64,000 nucleotides of DNA from an uncultured Chloroflexia bacterium (GCA_963721655.1 CAVRKH010000001.1:169411-233410), one strand, 5' to 3'; positions 29,306-41,450 are shown, counted from the first letter of the stretch. Translations and numbers: made by a program. The notes: generated by a model not told the origin, from the letters alone.

Positions 29306-32300
29306 TCAGTCGGAGAAGAGGGCCCGGACGTCGGCGGCGTCGATCGGGGTGGCGGACGAGCCGTCGCCGTCGATGACCTGGGAGAACAGCGCGGCCTTGC
29401 GCGCCTTGAGCTCCATCACCTTCTCCTCGATCGTGCCGGTCGACACGAGCCGGTAGACCATCACCGGCTTGGTCTGGCCGATCCGGTGCGCGCGGTCGAC
29501 AGCCTGGGCCTCGACGGCGGGGTTCCACCACGGGTCGAGCACGAAGACGTAGTCGGCCTCGGTCAGCGTCAGCCCGACTCCGCCGGCCTTGAGGCTGATC
29601 AGGAACACCGACGCCTCGCCGTGCTTGAACGAGTCGATCACCTCACCGCGTCGCGTCGTGCTGCCGTCGAGGTAGGTCATCGTGATGCCCTCGCGGTCGA
29701 GCCGCTCCCGCACCCGCGCCAGGAACGACGTGAACTGGCTGAACACCAGCACCTTGTGTCCCTCTTCGACGATCTCGGTGAGGTGGTCGACCAGCACGTC
29801 GATCTTCGCCGAGCCCGCGCTCTCGTAGGCCTCGTCGATCAGCGCCGCGTCGAGGCTGAGCTGGCGCAGCTTGGTCAGCGAGCGGAAGATCGCGATCCGG
29901 TGCTTGTCGAAGTCCTCGTCGACCAGCCCGAGCACCGTCTGCCGCTCGCGCTGGAGGTGGGTGTCGTAGATGCGGCGGTGGCGCGGCGTCAGGTCGACCT
30001 CGAGCACCTGCTCCTGCTTGGGCGGCAGGTCGGCGGCGACCAGGTCCTTCGTGCGCCGGAGCAGGAACGGGCGGATCCTTCGTCGGAACCGCTCGAGCGC
30101 CTGCTGGTCGCCTTCCTTCTCCACCGGATCGGCCACCAGCTCCTTGAACCGGGCCGGGTAGGCGTACAGCCCTGGCGCCACGATCGAGAGCAGCGACCAC
30201 AGCTCCATCAGCCGGTTCTCCATCGGCGTGCCGGTCAGCGCGAGCCGGAAGTCGGTCTCGATGCGGCGTACGGACTGATAGGTCTTCGCGGTGTGGTTCT
30301 TGACGGTCTGCGCCTCGTCGAGGACCAGGCCGCCCCACGTCTGCTCGGCATAGGCGTCGATCTCGAGCCGCAGCAGGGTGTACGACGTGATGACGATGTC
30401 AGCCCCCTCGACCAGCGAGGCGATGGACTCGCCCCGCCGCGACACCGACGAGGTCACCGTGCGGACGACCAGTCCGGGCGTGAACGCCTCGGCCTCGTGC
30501 GCCCAGGTCGAGACCACGCTGGTCGGCGCGACGACGAGGAACGGTCCGGCGCCGGCCTCACGCGCGTGTGCCACCAGAGCGAGGGTCTGCACGGTCTTGC
30601 CGAGCCCCATGTCGTCGGCCAGGATGCCGCCGAGCCGGCTCTGCCAGAGGAAGGCGAGCCAGCGGAACCCGTCGAGCTGGTAGGGGCGTAGCTCGGCCTT
30701 GACCCCGACGAGCTCGACCTGCGGGAGCGCCTCGACGTCGCGCAGGGCTTCGGCCGCCCGGACCCACTGCGCCGCCTGCTCGTCGACGATGCCGACCTCG
30801 GCGAGCTCCTCCCAGAGGTTGAGGTCGCGGTGGCCGACCCGGACGCCGTCGCGTGGTTGCTCGTGCAGCTCACCGGCAGCGTCGACCAGCTCGGCCAGGT
30901 GGGCGAACTCCGGGCGGTCGACCTCGACGTGGAGCCCGTTGGGCATGATCACGCGGGGCTGTCCGAGCGTCAGGGCCTCGAGCAGGTGCGCCAGCGCGAG
31001 GTACTGCCCGTCGACCTGGATCGTCACCTCGAGGTCGAGCCAGTCGGGCTTGGCCGACGCGGCGTCGGTGTCGTCGCGCGAGGTGAACGGGATGACCGGC
31101 GCGCCCGACGCGGCGCGGTAGTCGGGTCGCCCGCCGGTCTCCTCCAGCTCGATCACGCCGCGCGCGGCCAGCTCTTCCAAGGTCGGCAGCACGTCGTCGA
31201 CGAACCCGATCGCCTGGTCGTGCTCGAACGTCTTGCGCTCGACCAGGCCACGGTCGAGACGGTGGCTGTCGCAGAGCGCGAAGACCTGGTGGTCGGTGAG
31301 CTCGCGGCCCATCGCCAGGACCGTCTCCACCTCGAGCTCGGGACGCCGCACGCCCCGCAGGCCGCGCGTCTCGGTCAGCGCGTAGACGCGGTCGGCGCCT
31401 CCGACGGCGTACCGCCACGACCAGGCCAGCTCGACCTCCTGCACGCTCACCCACGTGATCGAGAGAGCGAGCCGGGGCTCGGGCCGCTCCGGCAGCTCGA
31501 TCGAGCTGTCGGACGAGACGACGGGGACGTGCCGCTGCAGCCGCGGGAGGTAGTCGGTGAGCAGCTCGTCGCGGGCACCGGACGGCACGACCAGGTCGTC
31601 GCTCTGCGAGAACAGCCGACGCAGCTGCGGCCCGAGCGGTCGGTCGAGCCCGGCGAGCGTGACCACCCAGGAGGCGCCGCCGGCACTCGGCGACCAGAGG
31701 GCCGCACCGTGGGCTGGGTCGCCGAGCAGGTCGACCGCGTCGGCGGCGTACCACTCGCCCTCGGCGGCCACCCCCAGCCGTAGGTGTGCGAGCTCCTCGG
31801 AGGCGTTGACGTCGAGCTCGACCCGCACCGGCTCGGTCAGCAGGTGGACGCCGGTCAGACCTGGCCCGGGCACGAGCGGGATGCCGGCCTCGCGCACCCG
31901 TCCGAGGGTCGCCCAGAGCGCCGGGCCGAAGGTCGCGAGGGTCAGATGCGGCTCGCTGCCGTGGTAGTAGCCGTAGCGCGAGGCGGCCTGGTGGATCGCG
32001 GCGAGCTCGTTGAGCACGGCGAGCTGGTCGGGGTCGAACGCCGCCTCGCCTCGCATCCGCGTGAGGTCCTGGAACGACACCCCGCTCTTGATCCAGTTGT
32101 CGCGGGCGCCGCGTTGGAGCGGCCGGATCTGCAGGGTGCCGCGGGTCGGGATGGCGGTGGGTGCGCGCCACGAGTTCTTGCTGAGCTGACGGCTCAGCGC
32201 CACCTGCAGGGCAAGCGGAGTCCGGCGGTTGGCGCGTCCGGCCCGGTCGGCGGCGTCGTCGAGCTCGTCGAGCACGGTGGTGAGCTGGTGCTCCCAGTGC

Positions 32301-32638
32301 GCGTTGGGGCCGCGACCGGCATCGGCGTGCTCGCGCGCCTGGATCGCCCGCACCTCCATGACGAGGGCGAGCACGTGCTTGCACTCGTGCTGGACGGGGC
32401 AGTCGCACCGGCTGGCGTACCAGACCCCGTCGGCGTCGAGTCCCGCGCTGACGTACGCCGTGTAGATGACGCCGCGCGAGCCCTGCACCTGGCCCTTGAT
32501 GACGAGGTCGCCGTCGCTGTCGGTCTCGTGCTTGCTCGAGAGGACGCGGCCGGTGTGGAGGTAGGCCGAGGCGCGTTCGTACGTCGGCGTGCCGAACCTG
32601 CGGCGCAGGTCCTCCTCGGAGACGACGGTCAGGTCCAT
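29306..32638 (-). CDS. SNF2-family helicase with N-terminal SWIM zinc finger
   Basis: CDCP...CKH SWIM; LADDMGLGKT, LDEAQ, LTGTPMENRL, LVFSQF and QAVDRAHRIGQ. Confidence 0.95.
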   Translation of the reverse strand: MDLTVVSEEDLRRRFGTPTYERASAYLHTGRVLSSKHETDSDGDLVIKGQVQGSRGVIYTAYVSAGLDADGVWYASRCDCPVQHECKHVLALVMEVRAIQAREHADAGRGPNAHWEHQLTTVLDELDDAADRAGRANRRTPLALQVALSRQLSKNSWRAPTAIPTRGTLQIRPLQRGARDNWIKSGVSFQDLTRMRGEAAFDPDQLAVLNELAAIHQAASRYGYYHGSEPHLTLATFGPALWATLGRVREAGIPLVPGPGLTGVHLLTEPVRVELDVNASEELAHLRLGVAAEGEWYAADAVDLLGDPAHGAALWSPSAGGASWVVTLAGLDRPLGPQLRRLFSQSDDLVVPSGARDELLTDYLPRLQRHVPVVSSDSSIELPERPEPRLALSITWVSVQEVELAWSWRYAVGGADRVYALTETRGLRGVRRPELEVETVLAMGRELTDHQVFALCDSHRLDRGLVERKTFEHDQAIGFVDDVLPTLEELAARGVIELEETGGRPDYRAASGAPVIPFTSRDDTDAASAKPDWLDLEVTIQVDGQYLALAHLLEALTLGQPRVIMPNGLHVEVDRPEFAHLAELVDAAGELHEQPRDGVRVGHRDLNLWEELAEVGIVDEQAAQWVRAAEALRDVEALPQVELVGVKAELRPYQLDGFRWLAFLWQSRLGGILADDMGLGKTVQTLALVAHAREAGAGPFLVVAPTSVVSTWAHEAEAFTPGLVVRTVTSSVSRRGESIASLVEGADIVITSYTLLRLEIDAYAEQTWGGLVLDEAQTVKNHTAKTYQSVRRIETDFRLALTGTPMENRLMELWSLLSIVAPGLYAYPARFKELVADPVEKEGDQQALERFRRRIRPFLLRRTKDLVAADLPPKQEQVLEVDLTPRHRRIYDTHLQRERQTVLGLVDEDFDKHRIAIFRSLTKLRQLSLDAALIDEAYESAGSAKIDVLVDHLTEIVEEGHKVLVFSQFTSFLARVRERLDREGITMTYLDGSTTRRGEVIDSFKHGEASVFLISLKAGGVGLTLTEADYVFVLDPWWNPAVEAQAVDRAHRIGQTKPVMVYRLVSTGTIEEKVMELKARKAALFSQVIDGDGSSATPIDAADVRALFSD

Positions 32639-32777
32639 GTCAGGTCCGACTCTAGGCGGCTCGCGCCGACGATTCGGGACGGCACGCGTCCGGGCTGTGG
32701 ACCGATTCGTGCGGTCGCCGGAATTGCCCTGTGGACAACGCGTTCGAGGCCTCTGCGGTGGGCCAGGCTTGGTCGGT

Positions 32778-33221
32778 ATGACGATCGACGCACCCCGACC
32801 CGACCTCCCTCCGATCCGCACCCAGACCGACCTCACCGAGGTCTGGACCATCCTGATGGGCGAGCTCGGCTTCGCCTACCGCCAGCTCTGGGTGCTCTTC
32901 GTGCTCGCCGACGGCGATGCCCACCCGGCCGTGATGAAGATCGAACACCTCGACGAGTGGCCCGACGAGCAGTTCACGGCGGGGCTCGTCGACGTCTGCG
33001 CGAACTTCGTCGACGAAGACTCTGGCAACGGTCAGGTGGCGATGTTGCTCGCCCGTCCCGGCGGCGGAGCGTTGTCGGCGAGTGACCGTGCGTGGACGTC
33101 GGCGCTCTACCGCGCGACGCGGCTGGGTGGCGTGGCCAGCCATCCGATCCGCCTCGCCAACGACGTCGAGCTGCGCCTGGTCGCCGCCGACGACCTCGAC
33201 GGCCTCGACCTCGCCGGTTGA
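32778..33221 (+). CDS. Hypothetical protein (possible degenerate JAB/RadC-like fold)
   Basis: Good codon use; LLARPG..LSASDRAW..L pattern. Confidence 0.65.
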   Translation: MTIDAPRPDLPPIRTQTDLTEVWTILMGELGFAYRQLWVLFVLADGDAHPAVMKIEHLDEWPDEQFTAGLVDVCANFVDEDSGNGQVAMLLARPGGGALSASDRAWTSALYRATRLGGVASHPIRLANDVELRLVAADDLDGLDLAG

Positions 33222-33361
33222 CCGAAATTTCGGTGGTTGAGCCCGTCGAAACTCCCGGGACACGTATCAATAACACCTCGGCGGCGTCCTCGTTTGAAAG
33301 GCAACCAACACGACGTACGAAGCGTCGTAGTCAGCAAGAGTTTCCGACCAGGAGGTGCACG

Positions 33362-33628
33362 ATGAACGCGTTGCACACGTTCGCATCCGCGAGCGCTGTC
33401 GCGTCGTGCACGCTGGCGGCCGCACATCGCCGCGATCACGACCACGGCGTCGAGGTCGTCGCGTGCCACCCGCACGTGGTCGAGGTGGTCCACCTCGGCG
33501 AGCATGCGGCGATGATCTGCCACGACTGCCGCACTGACTCCGGCTTCCTGCCGCACCGCGAGGCCGAGCGGATGGCTTCCGCCCACCGGCACGAAACCGC
33601 CGCCACCCCGCACTCCCCCGCCGCCTGA
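33362..33628 (+). CDS. Small His/Cys-rich hypothetical protein (paralog 2)
   Basis: AGGAGG RBS; LAAAHRRDH..CHPHVVEVVHLG..ICHDC..DSGF..HREAE. Confidence 0.78.
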   Translation: MNALHTFASASAVASCTLAAAHRRDHDHGVEVVACHPHVVEVVHLGEHAAMICHDCRTDSGFLPHREAERMASAHRHETAATPHSPAA

Positions 33629-33637
33629 CCGTTGCTC

Positions 33638-33684
33638 GCTGGTCGAGCCCTTCGACAGGCTCAGGATGAACTTGTCGAGACCAC
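33638..33684. repeat. Actinobacterial REP-like sequence (related half-site at 33231-33252)
   Basis: GGTCGAGCCCTTCGACAGGCTCAGG..CTTGTCGAGACC and GGTGGTTGAGCCCGTCGAAAC. Confidence 0.55.
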
Positions 33685-33685
33685 G

Positions 33686-34423
<738 letters not shown>

Positions 34424-34424
34424 C

Positions 34425-35933
34425 AACCAACTGCTGTTGCCCGCTCGACGCGATCGCAGGATCGCCGAGATCGAAGCCTGACGCGATGACCGTGCCCTCA
34501 CCATTGGTCGGGTCACCACCGGGCAGCGTGTGGCCGACGCGAATCGTGTCCGGCAACCCCGTACGGGATTCCCGCCACGCCGACCATTCGCCGCCGTCCC
34601 AGGCCACGTCCGGCGTGACCTGAGACGGCGAATGACCGGCCGACGCGACCTTGGTCCCGCCAGCCGAGACGGCGCCCGCACCGTCGACCTCGTTGTCCAC
34701 GACGTCGACCCCGACTCCCAGGCCAAGACGAAGCCGGGTACCGGATCGGGCGACGGGTGGATTGTCTGCTTCGGCAGGGAGGCGCTGGAAACCCGAACGC
34801 CAGAAGGGTCGAGTACGGCGCCCGCGCGCCGACCCGAGCGGCGTAGGTGTCGCCGGCGCCGCTTCTGCCGTCAGACCAGACCAGGAGCGACGTCGACGGG
34901 TGGAGGCAACAGAGACCGGTCCGGCGAAGCCATCAGCGGTCGCGACAACGACGTGGACGCCGAGCACCGTGCCGCTCGCGTTTACGTACCGGCTTCGAGC
35001 ACGTCACGGTCAAGTAGTCGCTGATTGCTGGGGTTGGCGTACTCGCTCGGCTGTCCACGCCACCACGAACTGGGTCCCGGGGGCGCTGACCGATGGGCGA
35101 ACTCGTTGAAGTACTGGTCGGCGCTATCCAGCGATATCGGGAAGCCACCGGGGGTCAACACGGAGCCCGCGGTGCCTGAATCGCGAGCCGAGAACGGTGC
35201 CGCAGAACGGGCAGGACTTTTCGACCACACGACCAGGTACGTCGTGCCGTTGAAGGCCACCGCCGGTCCTCCAGCAGTCGTGCCGCCGTACAAGCCAGCG
35301 CTGCCGACGTCAAAGCCCGCACCATCGAGCACTGCTCCGCCGCCGGTCACGCGCTGGCGAAGACCGCTTCACCAGTGTCGGTACGGCCGATCCAGGCAAC
35401 CAGGAAGTCGCTGCCGCGGCTGGACAAGGCCGGTTCCGAGAGGCCCTCAGCTCGTGAGATCGCCACCGGTATGCCGTAACCATCGAGGACCGCCCCGGCC
35501 GGTGTCACCCTTGTCCCGAAAAGGTCGCCGCCCTCCTCCCAGACGACAAAGAAGTTCGTGCCGTTGTAGGCGATCGCCGGCGAGTCTTGAGCGGCCGGCG
35601 AGGGCGAGACGGCGAACTCGCTGAGCACTGCGCCGCTGGCATTGATGCGGGCCGCACGGATCTGGAAGCGTGCCGTCGAGATCGTCCTCCAGACGACGAG
35701 CCTGGTGGTCCCATCTGGAAGCGACGGCCGGGTTGACCTTGTCGAGCGCAGGGAGTTCGGAGATCGGATGCTCACCGCCGGTCGGGGGGTCCTGAGCGGA
35801 CGTGGGCGCTCGCCACGTGACCGGTCGAGCGTGAGAGGGGCTTGTGCAGTGCCGTCGAGCGAAAGGCACGACCAGACCCAGTACGGCCGTGAGGGGCGAC
35901 GAGTCGGGGGAACACGTGACGCCGACGATCCAT
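34425..35933 (-). CDS. Secreted repeat (probable beta-propeller) protein, frameshifted and 3'-truncated at the junction
   Basis: Recurring P-A-[VI]-A-x-[DN]-G-x-x-[FY]-x-V-x-W...R-[VI]-x-x-x-G-x-V-L motif across ORFs 35347-, 34982- and 34371-; N-terminal hydrophobic stretch. Confidence 0.65.
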
Positions 35934-36043
35934 GGAGCCTCCTGCCCGGGGCGAGCGGCGCTCGCCTGACACCGCTGGCTACACGACGGACCGTGATGCT
36001 GGAACAGCGGAACGTGACATCTTCATTCCCGTTTCGGCCATGG

Positions 36044-37734
36044 TCAAGCCTCGGTGATGGCTCCCCGCTCGGCCCCCTGGGCCAGCCGGGCGTATTTGGC
36101 CAGCACGCCGCTCGTGTACCGGGGCTGGAACCTTCGACTCCGCCGCGCCGGGACTCGAGCTCGCCAGGGGCGACGTCGACGTCGATGGTGCGGGCGACGG
36201 TGTCGATCACGATGCGGTCGTCATCGTGGAGGAACGCGTCGGGCCACCGTCGACCGCCTCGGGCGCGACGTGGCCGACACAGAACCCGTGGGTACCACCC
36301 GAGAATCGGCCATCGGTGACGAGCGTGGCGTCCCCGCCCCGGCCGGCACCCTTCATCGCGCCGGTGATGGCCAGCATTTCCCGCATCCCCGGCCCGCCCT
36401 TCGGCCCTTCGTAGCGGATGACCACAACGTCGCCCGCGTTCATCTTTCCGGCCAGGATCTCCTCCATCGCCGCGTGCTTGCCGTCGAAGACCGCCTCTGG
36501 GCCCTCGAAACGATCGACATCGATGCCGGCCACCTTCACGACGCTGCCCTTCGGCGCGAGTGAGCCGGTCAGCACGGCGATCCCGCCCACGGCGTGGATG
36601 GGCGAGTCGAGCCCACGCACGACGGCACCGTCCGGGGCGGGTGGGTCGATCGCCTCCAGGTTCTCCGCCATGGTCCGCCCCGTCACGGTGAGGCAATCGC
36701 CGTGCAGCAGCCCGGCGTCGAGGAGTTGCCGCATCACGACCGGCACGCCGCCGATCGCGTCGAGATCGACCATGTGGAACTGGCCATGCGGCTTCATGTC
36801 GGCGATGTGGGGCACTCGGGCGGCCACTCGATTGAAGTCCTCGAGCTCGAGGTCCACGCGGCTTCCGCCGCGATGGCCAACAGGTGGAGCACCGCGTTGG
36901 TCGAGCCACCAAGGGCCATCGTGACCGCGATGGCGTTCTCGAACGCCTCCTTGGTCATGATCTGGCGAGGCCGGATGCCGGACTTCAGCAGTGCCATGAC
37001 CGCCTCGCCAGAGGCGTACGCGACGTCGTTGCGCCGGCGATCGACGGCGGGTGCAGACGCCGAGCCGGGCAGCGACATGCCGATCGCCTCGCCCACCGCG
37101 GCCATCGTGTTCGCGGTGAACATGCCCGCACAGGATCCTTCGGTTGGGCAGGCGTTGCGCTCGATGGCATCGAGCATCGCTCATCGATCTGACCCGCCGC
37201 TCTCGCCCCGACCGCCTCGAACACCGAGACGATATCCAACGCCTGGCCATTCAGGTGACCGGGCAGGATCGAGCCTCCATACACGAACACCGACGGCAGG
37301 TTGAGCCGAGCCGCGGCCATCAGCATGCCCGGCAAGGACTTGTCGCAGCCGGCGAACGTGATGAGCGCATCGAACCGCTCCGCGTGCATCACGGTCTCCA
37401 CCGAATCGGCGATGACCTCGCGGCTGACCAGCGAGGCACGCATCCCCTCGTGGCCCATGGAGATGCCGTCACTCACCGCGATCGTCGTGAACTCGATGGG
37501 GAAGCCACCGGCGGCGCGTACTCCATCTTTGGACCGTTTGGCCAACCGCCCGAGCGGCATGTTGCACGGGGTGACTTCGTTCCACGACGACGCCACACCG
37601 ACCTGCGGCTTCTCCCAGTCGTCGTTGGTCATGCCGATGGCCCGCAGCATCGCCCTGGCCGGTGCGCGCTCGTACCCGTCGGTCACTTCGCGCGATCGAG
37701 GCCGAACGTCGACCGGCTGTCCCTCGTCCGTCAT
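36044..37734 (-). CDS. ilvD: Dihydroxy-acid dehydratase (several frameshifts)
   Basis: [51 protein letters not shown] and TDGRFSG. Confidence 0.95.
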
Positions 37735-37781
37735 GGCCGCGCAGCGTAGGCGACAAGGTCACCGTGTAGGCTCGGTATCTC

Positions 37782-38784
37782 GTGACTACCACCGCCCCTC
37801 CAGTCCTCGGCGGCCGGACCGACGCAGTGATCCGCACGGTCGGCGTGGTCAAGCGCTGGGGATCGACGACGGCGCTCAGTGGAGCCTCGGTCGTGGTAGC
37901 TCCCGGCGTGACCGGCTTACTTGGTGCAAATGGGGCGGGAAAGACCACGCTGCTCGGCATGTTGCTCGGCCTGCACAAGCCCGACGAGGGTCGCGTCGAA
38001 GTGCTGGGCCTCGACCCGGTGACCGCCGGGCCGGCGGTACGGGCCCGGGTCGGTTACTCCCCCGAGCATCACCTGCTCCCACCTGACGTGCGGGCGTACG
38101 ACCTCGTCCGCCACGTGGCCGAGATCCACGGCCTCCCCCATCAGGAAGCCAACGGCCGGGCCAGCGACGCGCTCTTCCAGGTCGGGCTCGGCGAGGAGCG
38201 GTTCCGCCCGATCGGCACGATGTCCACCGGACAGCGCCAGCGGGTGAAGCTGGCCCAGGCCATCGCCCACGATCCGGTGCTGATCCTGCTCGATGAACCG
38301 ACCGATGGCCTCGATCCGGTCCAACGCGACTCGATGTTGGGCTTGATTCGGCGCATCGGCACCGACTTCGGCATCAACGTGCTCTTGTCTTCGCACCTGC
38401 TCGACGAGGTCGAGCGCGTGTGACAGCGCGGTGATCCTGCACGATGGGATGGTCGCGGCTTCCGGCTCCTTGGCCGAGCTGCGGGGCACCGGTGAAGGCC
38501 TCGTGCTCGAGCTCGATGGCGATCCGGCGCAGCAGTCGCGTGTGGTCGACGTCCTGCGGGACGCCGGCGCTGAGGTGCGCGATGACGAGAGCCGGCTGCT
38601 CGTGACCGGCGGCGATGACCTGTTCGATGTCGTACGCGATGCGGTGGTCGACGCAGGCGCAGGCATTCGGCGTCTGCAGCCGCGCACGGTGTCGCTCGAA
38701 GACGTCTTCCTCGGCGTTGAAGTGTCAGCCAATGCGCAGATGACGGCGGAGCCACTGCCCCACGAGCTCGGGAGTCCCGGCTGA
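37782..38784 (+). CDS. ABC transporter ATP-binding protein (frameshift ~38420)
   Basis: GANGAGKTT, MSTGQRQR, LLDEPT and SSH. Confidence 0.9.
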
Positions 38785-39701
38785 TGGCTGCGTCAGTTCC
38801 CCCGGTTAAATCGGTCACGCTGCCCCGCGAAGGAGCCGACGCGCGGATCCTCGATCGCGGCTACCGGCGCTACGAGGGCGAACGTCTCGGCGTCGGTGCA
38901 TCCGTCCGGAGTCTGATCATCCACACATTGCAACGAGCCTTCGGACTGCGCCGCACGGTGTGGGCCAAGATCCTGCCGGCTCTCGCCGTGGCCATCGCAT
39001 ACATCCCGGCCATCGTGTTCGTCGGTCTCATCGCGCTCTTCGGCACTCGGCGGATCACGACCACCGACCTGCCGACCTACGGGCAGTACTACGGCTACAT
39101 CGTGTCGGCCATCATCGTCTTCGTGGCGTTCGTCGCCCCGGAGGTGCTGTGCACCGACCGGCGGACCGGGATGCTCGGCATCTACCTCTCGTCGCCTCTG
39201 ACCCGCGACACCTACCTCGTGGCAAAAGCTTCCGCCATCGCCATGACGCTGGCCACCGTCTGCCTTGGGCCTCCCCTCGTGATGCTGATCGCGTTCGTGC
39301 TCCAGAGCCATGGGCCCTCAGGCTTTGGGGATCTGATGCTCACGCTCGGCCGGATCCTGCTCGCCGGCGTGTGCATCACCGTGTTCTTCACGTCGTTGTC
39401 GATCGCGGTCGCCAGCTTCACCAACCGCAAGGCGATCGCGTCGGCGTCCGTGATCCTGCTGGTGCTCACCACTGGAGCGGTCACCAACGCCCTCGTCAAC
39501 GGGGCCGGCGCCAACCAGGCGCTGTTCCTGTTCAACGTGTTCCTCGTTCCGTTCGACCTCGCGCGGCGTATCCACGGCGAGCGCAGTCAGGTGTTGCCCG
39601 ACGTCGCCACCGCCGCGGTGTGGGGGTCCTGGGCGATCTGGACGATCGCCGGCGCCCTCATCGCCCGCATGCGCTACCAGCACCTCGAGGTCGTGAAGTG
39701 A
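38784..39701 (+). CDS. ABC-2 type permease
   Basis: About 6 TM segments; DRRTG..YLSSPLTRDTYL.AK motif. Confidence 0.85.
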   Translation: MAASVPPVKSVTLPREGADARILDRGYRRYEGERLGVGASVRSLIIHTLQRAFGLRRTVWAKILPALAVAIAYIPAIVFVGLIALFGTRRITTTDLPTYGQYYGYIVSAIIVFVAFVAPEVLCTDRRTGMLGIYLSSPLTRDTYLVAKASAIAMTLATVCLGPPLVMLIAFVLQSHGPSGFGDLMLTLGRILLAGVCITVFFTSLSIAVASFTNRKAIASASVILLVLTTGAVTNALVNGAGANQALFLFNVFLVPFDLARRIHGERSQVLPDVATAAVWGSWAIWTIAGALIARMRYQHLEVVK

Positions 39702-40657
39702 CGGCTCTGGCAGTCCCGCGGAAACTCGTCGCGCCGCCCGAAACCATGATCGTGGTGGAAGACGTGTCGAAGTGGTTCGGCGACGTCGTCGCGGTGTCGG
39801 AGGTGTCCTTCACGGTCGGCCCCGGCGTCACCGCGCTCCTCGGGCCGAATGGCGCGGGCAAATCGACGATCTTGCGCATGCTGTGCGGTCTGACCGCACC
39901 GGCCCGGGGTGAGGTGCGAGTGCTCGGACGTGACCCGCGTGCCGACCTCGGAGTCCTGCGTTCCATCGGTCTGGTGCCGCAACAGGAATCGGTCTTCGAA
40001 GGTCAGACGGCCCTCGAGTTCGTCAGGCTGGCCGCCATCCTCCATGGCCTGCCGGATCCCAACGCATCAGCATGTTGGGCGCTGGAGGTCGTGGAGATGC
40101 CGGCTGACGACGCCCGCAAGCTCACGTCGTACTCCAAGGGCATGCGGCAACGCGTCAAGGTCGCGCAAGCGATCGTGCACGATCCCGCGGTCATCGTGCT
40201 CGACGAGCCGCTCACCGGGCTCGACCCGCGTCAGCGGTTGCACATGGTTGATCTGTTCCACCGGCTCGGCGAGTCGGGGCGGTGTGTCGTCGTGTCGAGT
40301 CACGTGTTGGAGGAAGTCGAACGGTTCGGGTCACGCGTGCTCGTCATCGCCCAGGGGCGTTTGGCGGCGATCGGCGACTTCCGCCGGATCCGCGATCTCA
40401 TGGACGACCGACCACATCGCATCCGCGTTCGCTCGAACCGGGCTCGCGAGGTGGCTGGCGCGCTCCTCGCCGGAGGCGCCGCAGTCGGCGTTCGCCTCGA
40501 GGACCAGAACACCGTCGTCATCGACACCGACCAGGTGCAGTTGTTCCGGCACGCGGTCGCCGCCGCGGCCCGCCAAGCCGACGCTCGGCTGCTCGAGGTC
40601 GTGCCCCTCGACGACGATCTCGACAGCGTCTTCCGCTACCTCGTGGGCCAGCAATGA
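39698..40657 (+). CDS. ABC transporter ATP-binding protein
   Basis: GPNGAGKST, YSKGMRQR, LDEPL and SSH. Confidence 0.92.
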   Translation: MTALAVPRKLVAPPETMIVVEDVSKWFGDVVAVSEVSFTVGPGVTALLGPNGAGKSTILRMLCGLTAPARGEVRVLGRDPRADLGVLRSIGLVPQQESVFEGQTALEFVRLAAILHGLPDPNASACWALEVVEMPADDARKLTSYSKGMRQRVKVAQAIVHDPAVIVLDEPLTGLDPRQRLHMVDLFHRLGESGRCVVVSSHVLEEVERFGSRVLVIAQGRLAAIGDFRRIRDLMDDRPHRIRVRSNRAREVAGALLAGGAAVGVRLEDQNTVVIDTDQVQLFRHAVAAAARQADARLLEVVPLDDDLDSVFRYLVGQQ

Positions 40658-41450
40658 CCGACACGGTCGGTGCGCCACCGCTGCCGGATCCGCCGCCGAC
40701 CCGCCGGAACCGGGCTCGTGCCGTTGACAATCCCCGGGGCGCGTTCATGGCCGTGTACCGGCTGCTGGTCCGCAGCCTGGCCACCCGCGGCCGGCTCGAT
40801 CAGCCTCGGTCTCCTCGGCCTGCTCGGGGTGACCGTCGGCATCGCGCTCGGCGCGTCGCACCCGTTCGACCCGCTCGACTCGGGCACCCACTTCGTCGAC
40901 GCGTTCGGCTTGTCGGTGCTGGTGCCGGTCACCACGTTGGTCTTCTCGTCCGCCGCCTTGGGTGACGCCACAGACGACGGCACGCTCGTCTACCTCTGGC
41001 TCCGTCCGGTCCGGCGCTCGCGCCTGGTCCTCGGCCGCGTTCGCGGCGTCACTCACGATCTGCCTGCCGTTGATCGGCATCCCACTCGTGATCGCCGCCG
41101 CGCTCGTCAACGGCGGCCCGGAGCTTGTCTCAGGGACGGCGATGGCGGCCGCGGTGTCGGTCGTGGCCTACTGCGCGCTGTTCACCGCGTGGGGCATCCG
41201 CGTCCGCCGTGCCCTGCCCTGGGGTCTGGCGTACATCTTGCTGTGGGAGGGGTTCGTCGCACGGGCGGGAAAGTCGGCCGGACGGCTCGCCTTGCTGTCC
41301 TACTCCCAGTCGATCCTGTCCGAGTACACCGGCGTCGGGCTTCGGTTGGCCACGTCCTCACTCGCGGTCGGCATCATCGTGCCGCTGGCGGTTGCCGTGG
41401 CCGCATTGGCCTACGCCACCCACCGCCTCAACGTCCAAGACGTCGATTAG
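40654..41450 (+). CDS. ABC-2 type permease (frameshifted)
   Basis: DDGTLVYLWLRPV motif; TM segments; GLAYILLWEG. Confidence 0.8.

Noticed and set aside
25593-32638. Helicase-nuclease cluster as an anti-phage defence system
   Set aside because: These helicase, EEP and cupin families are common chromosomal actinobacterial genes with host-like composition and no mobile context
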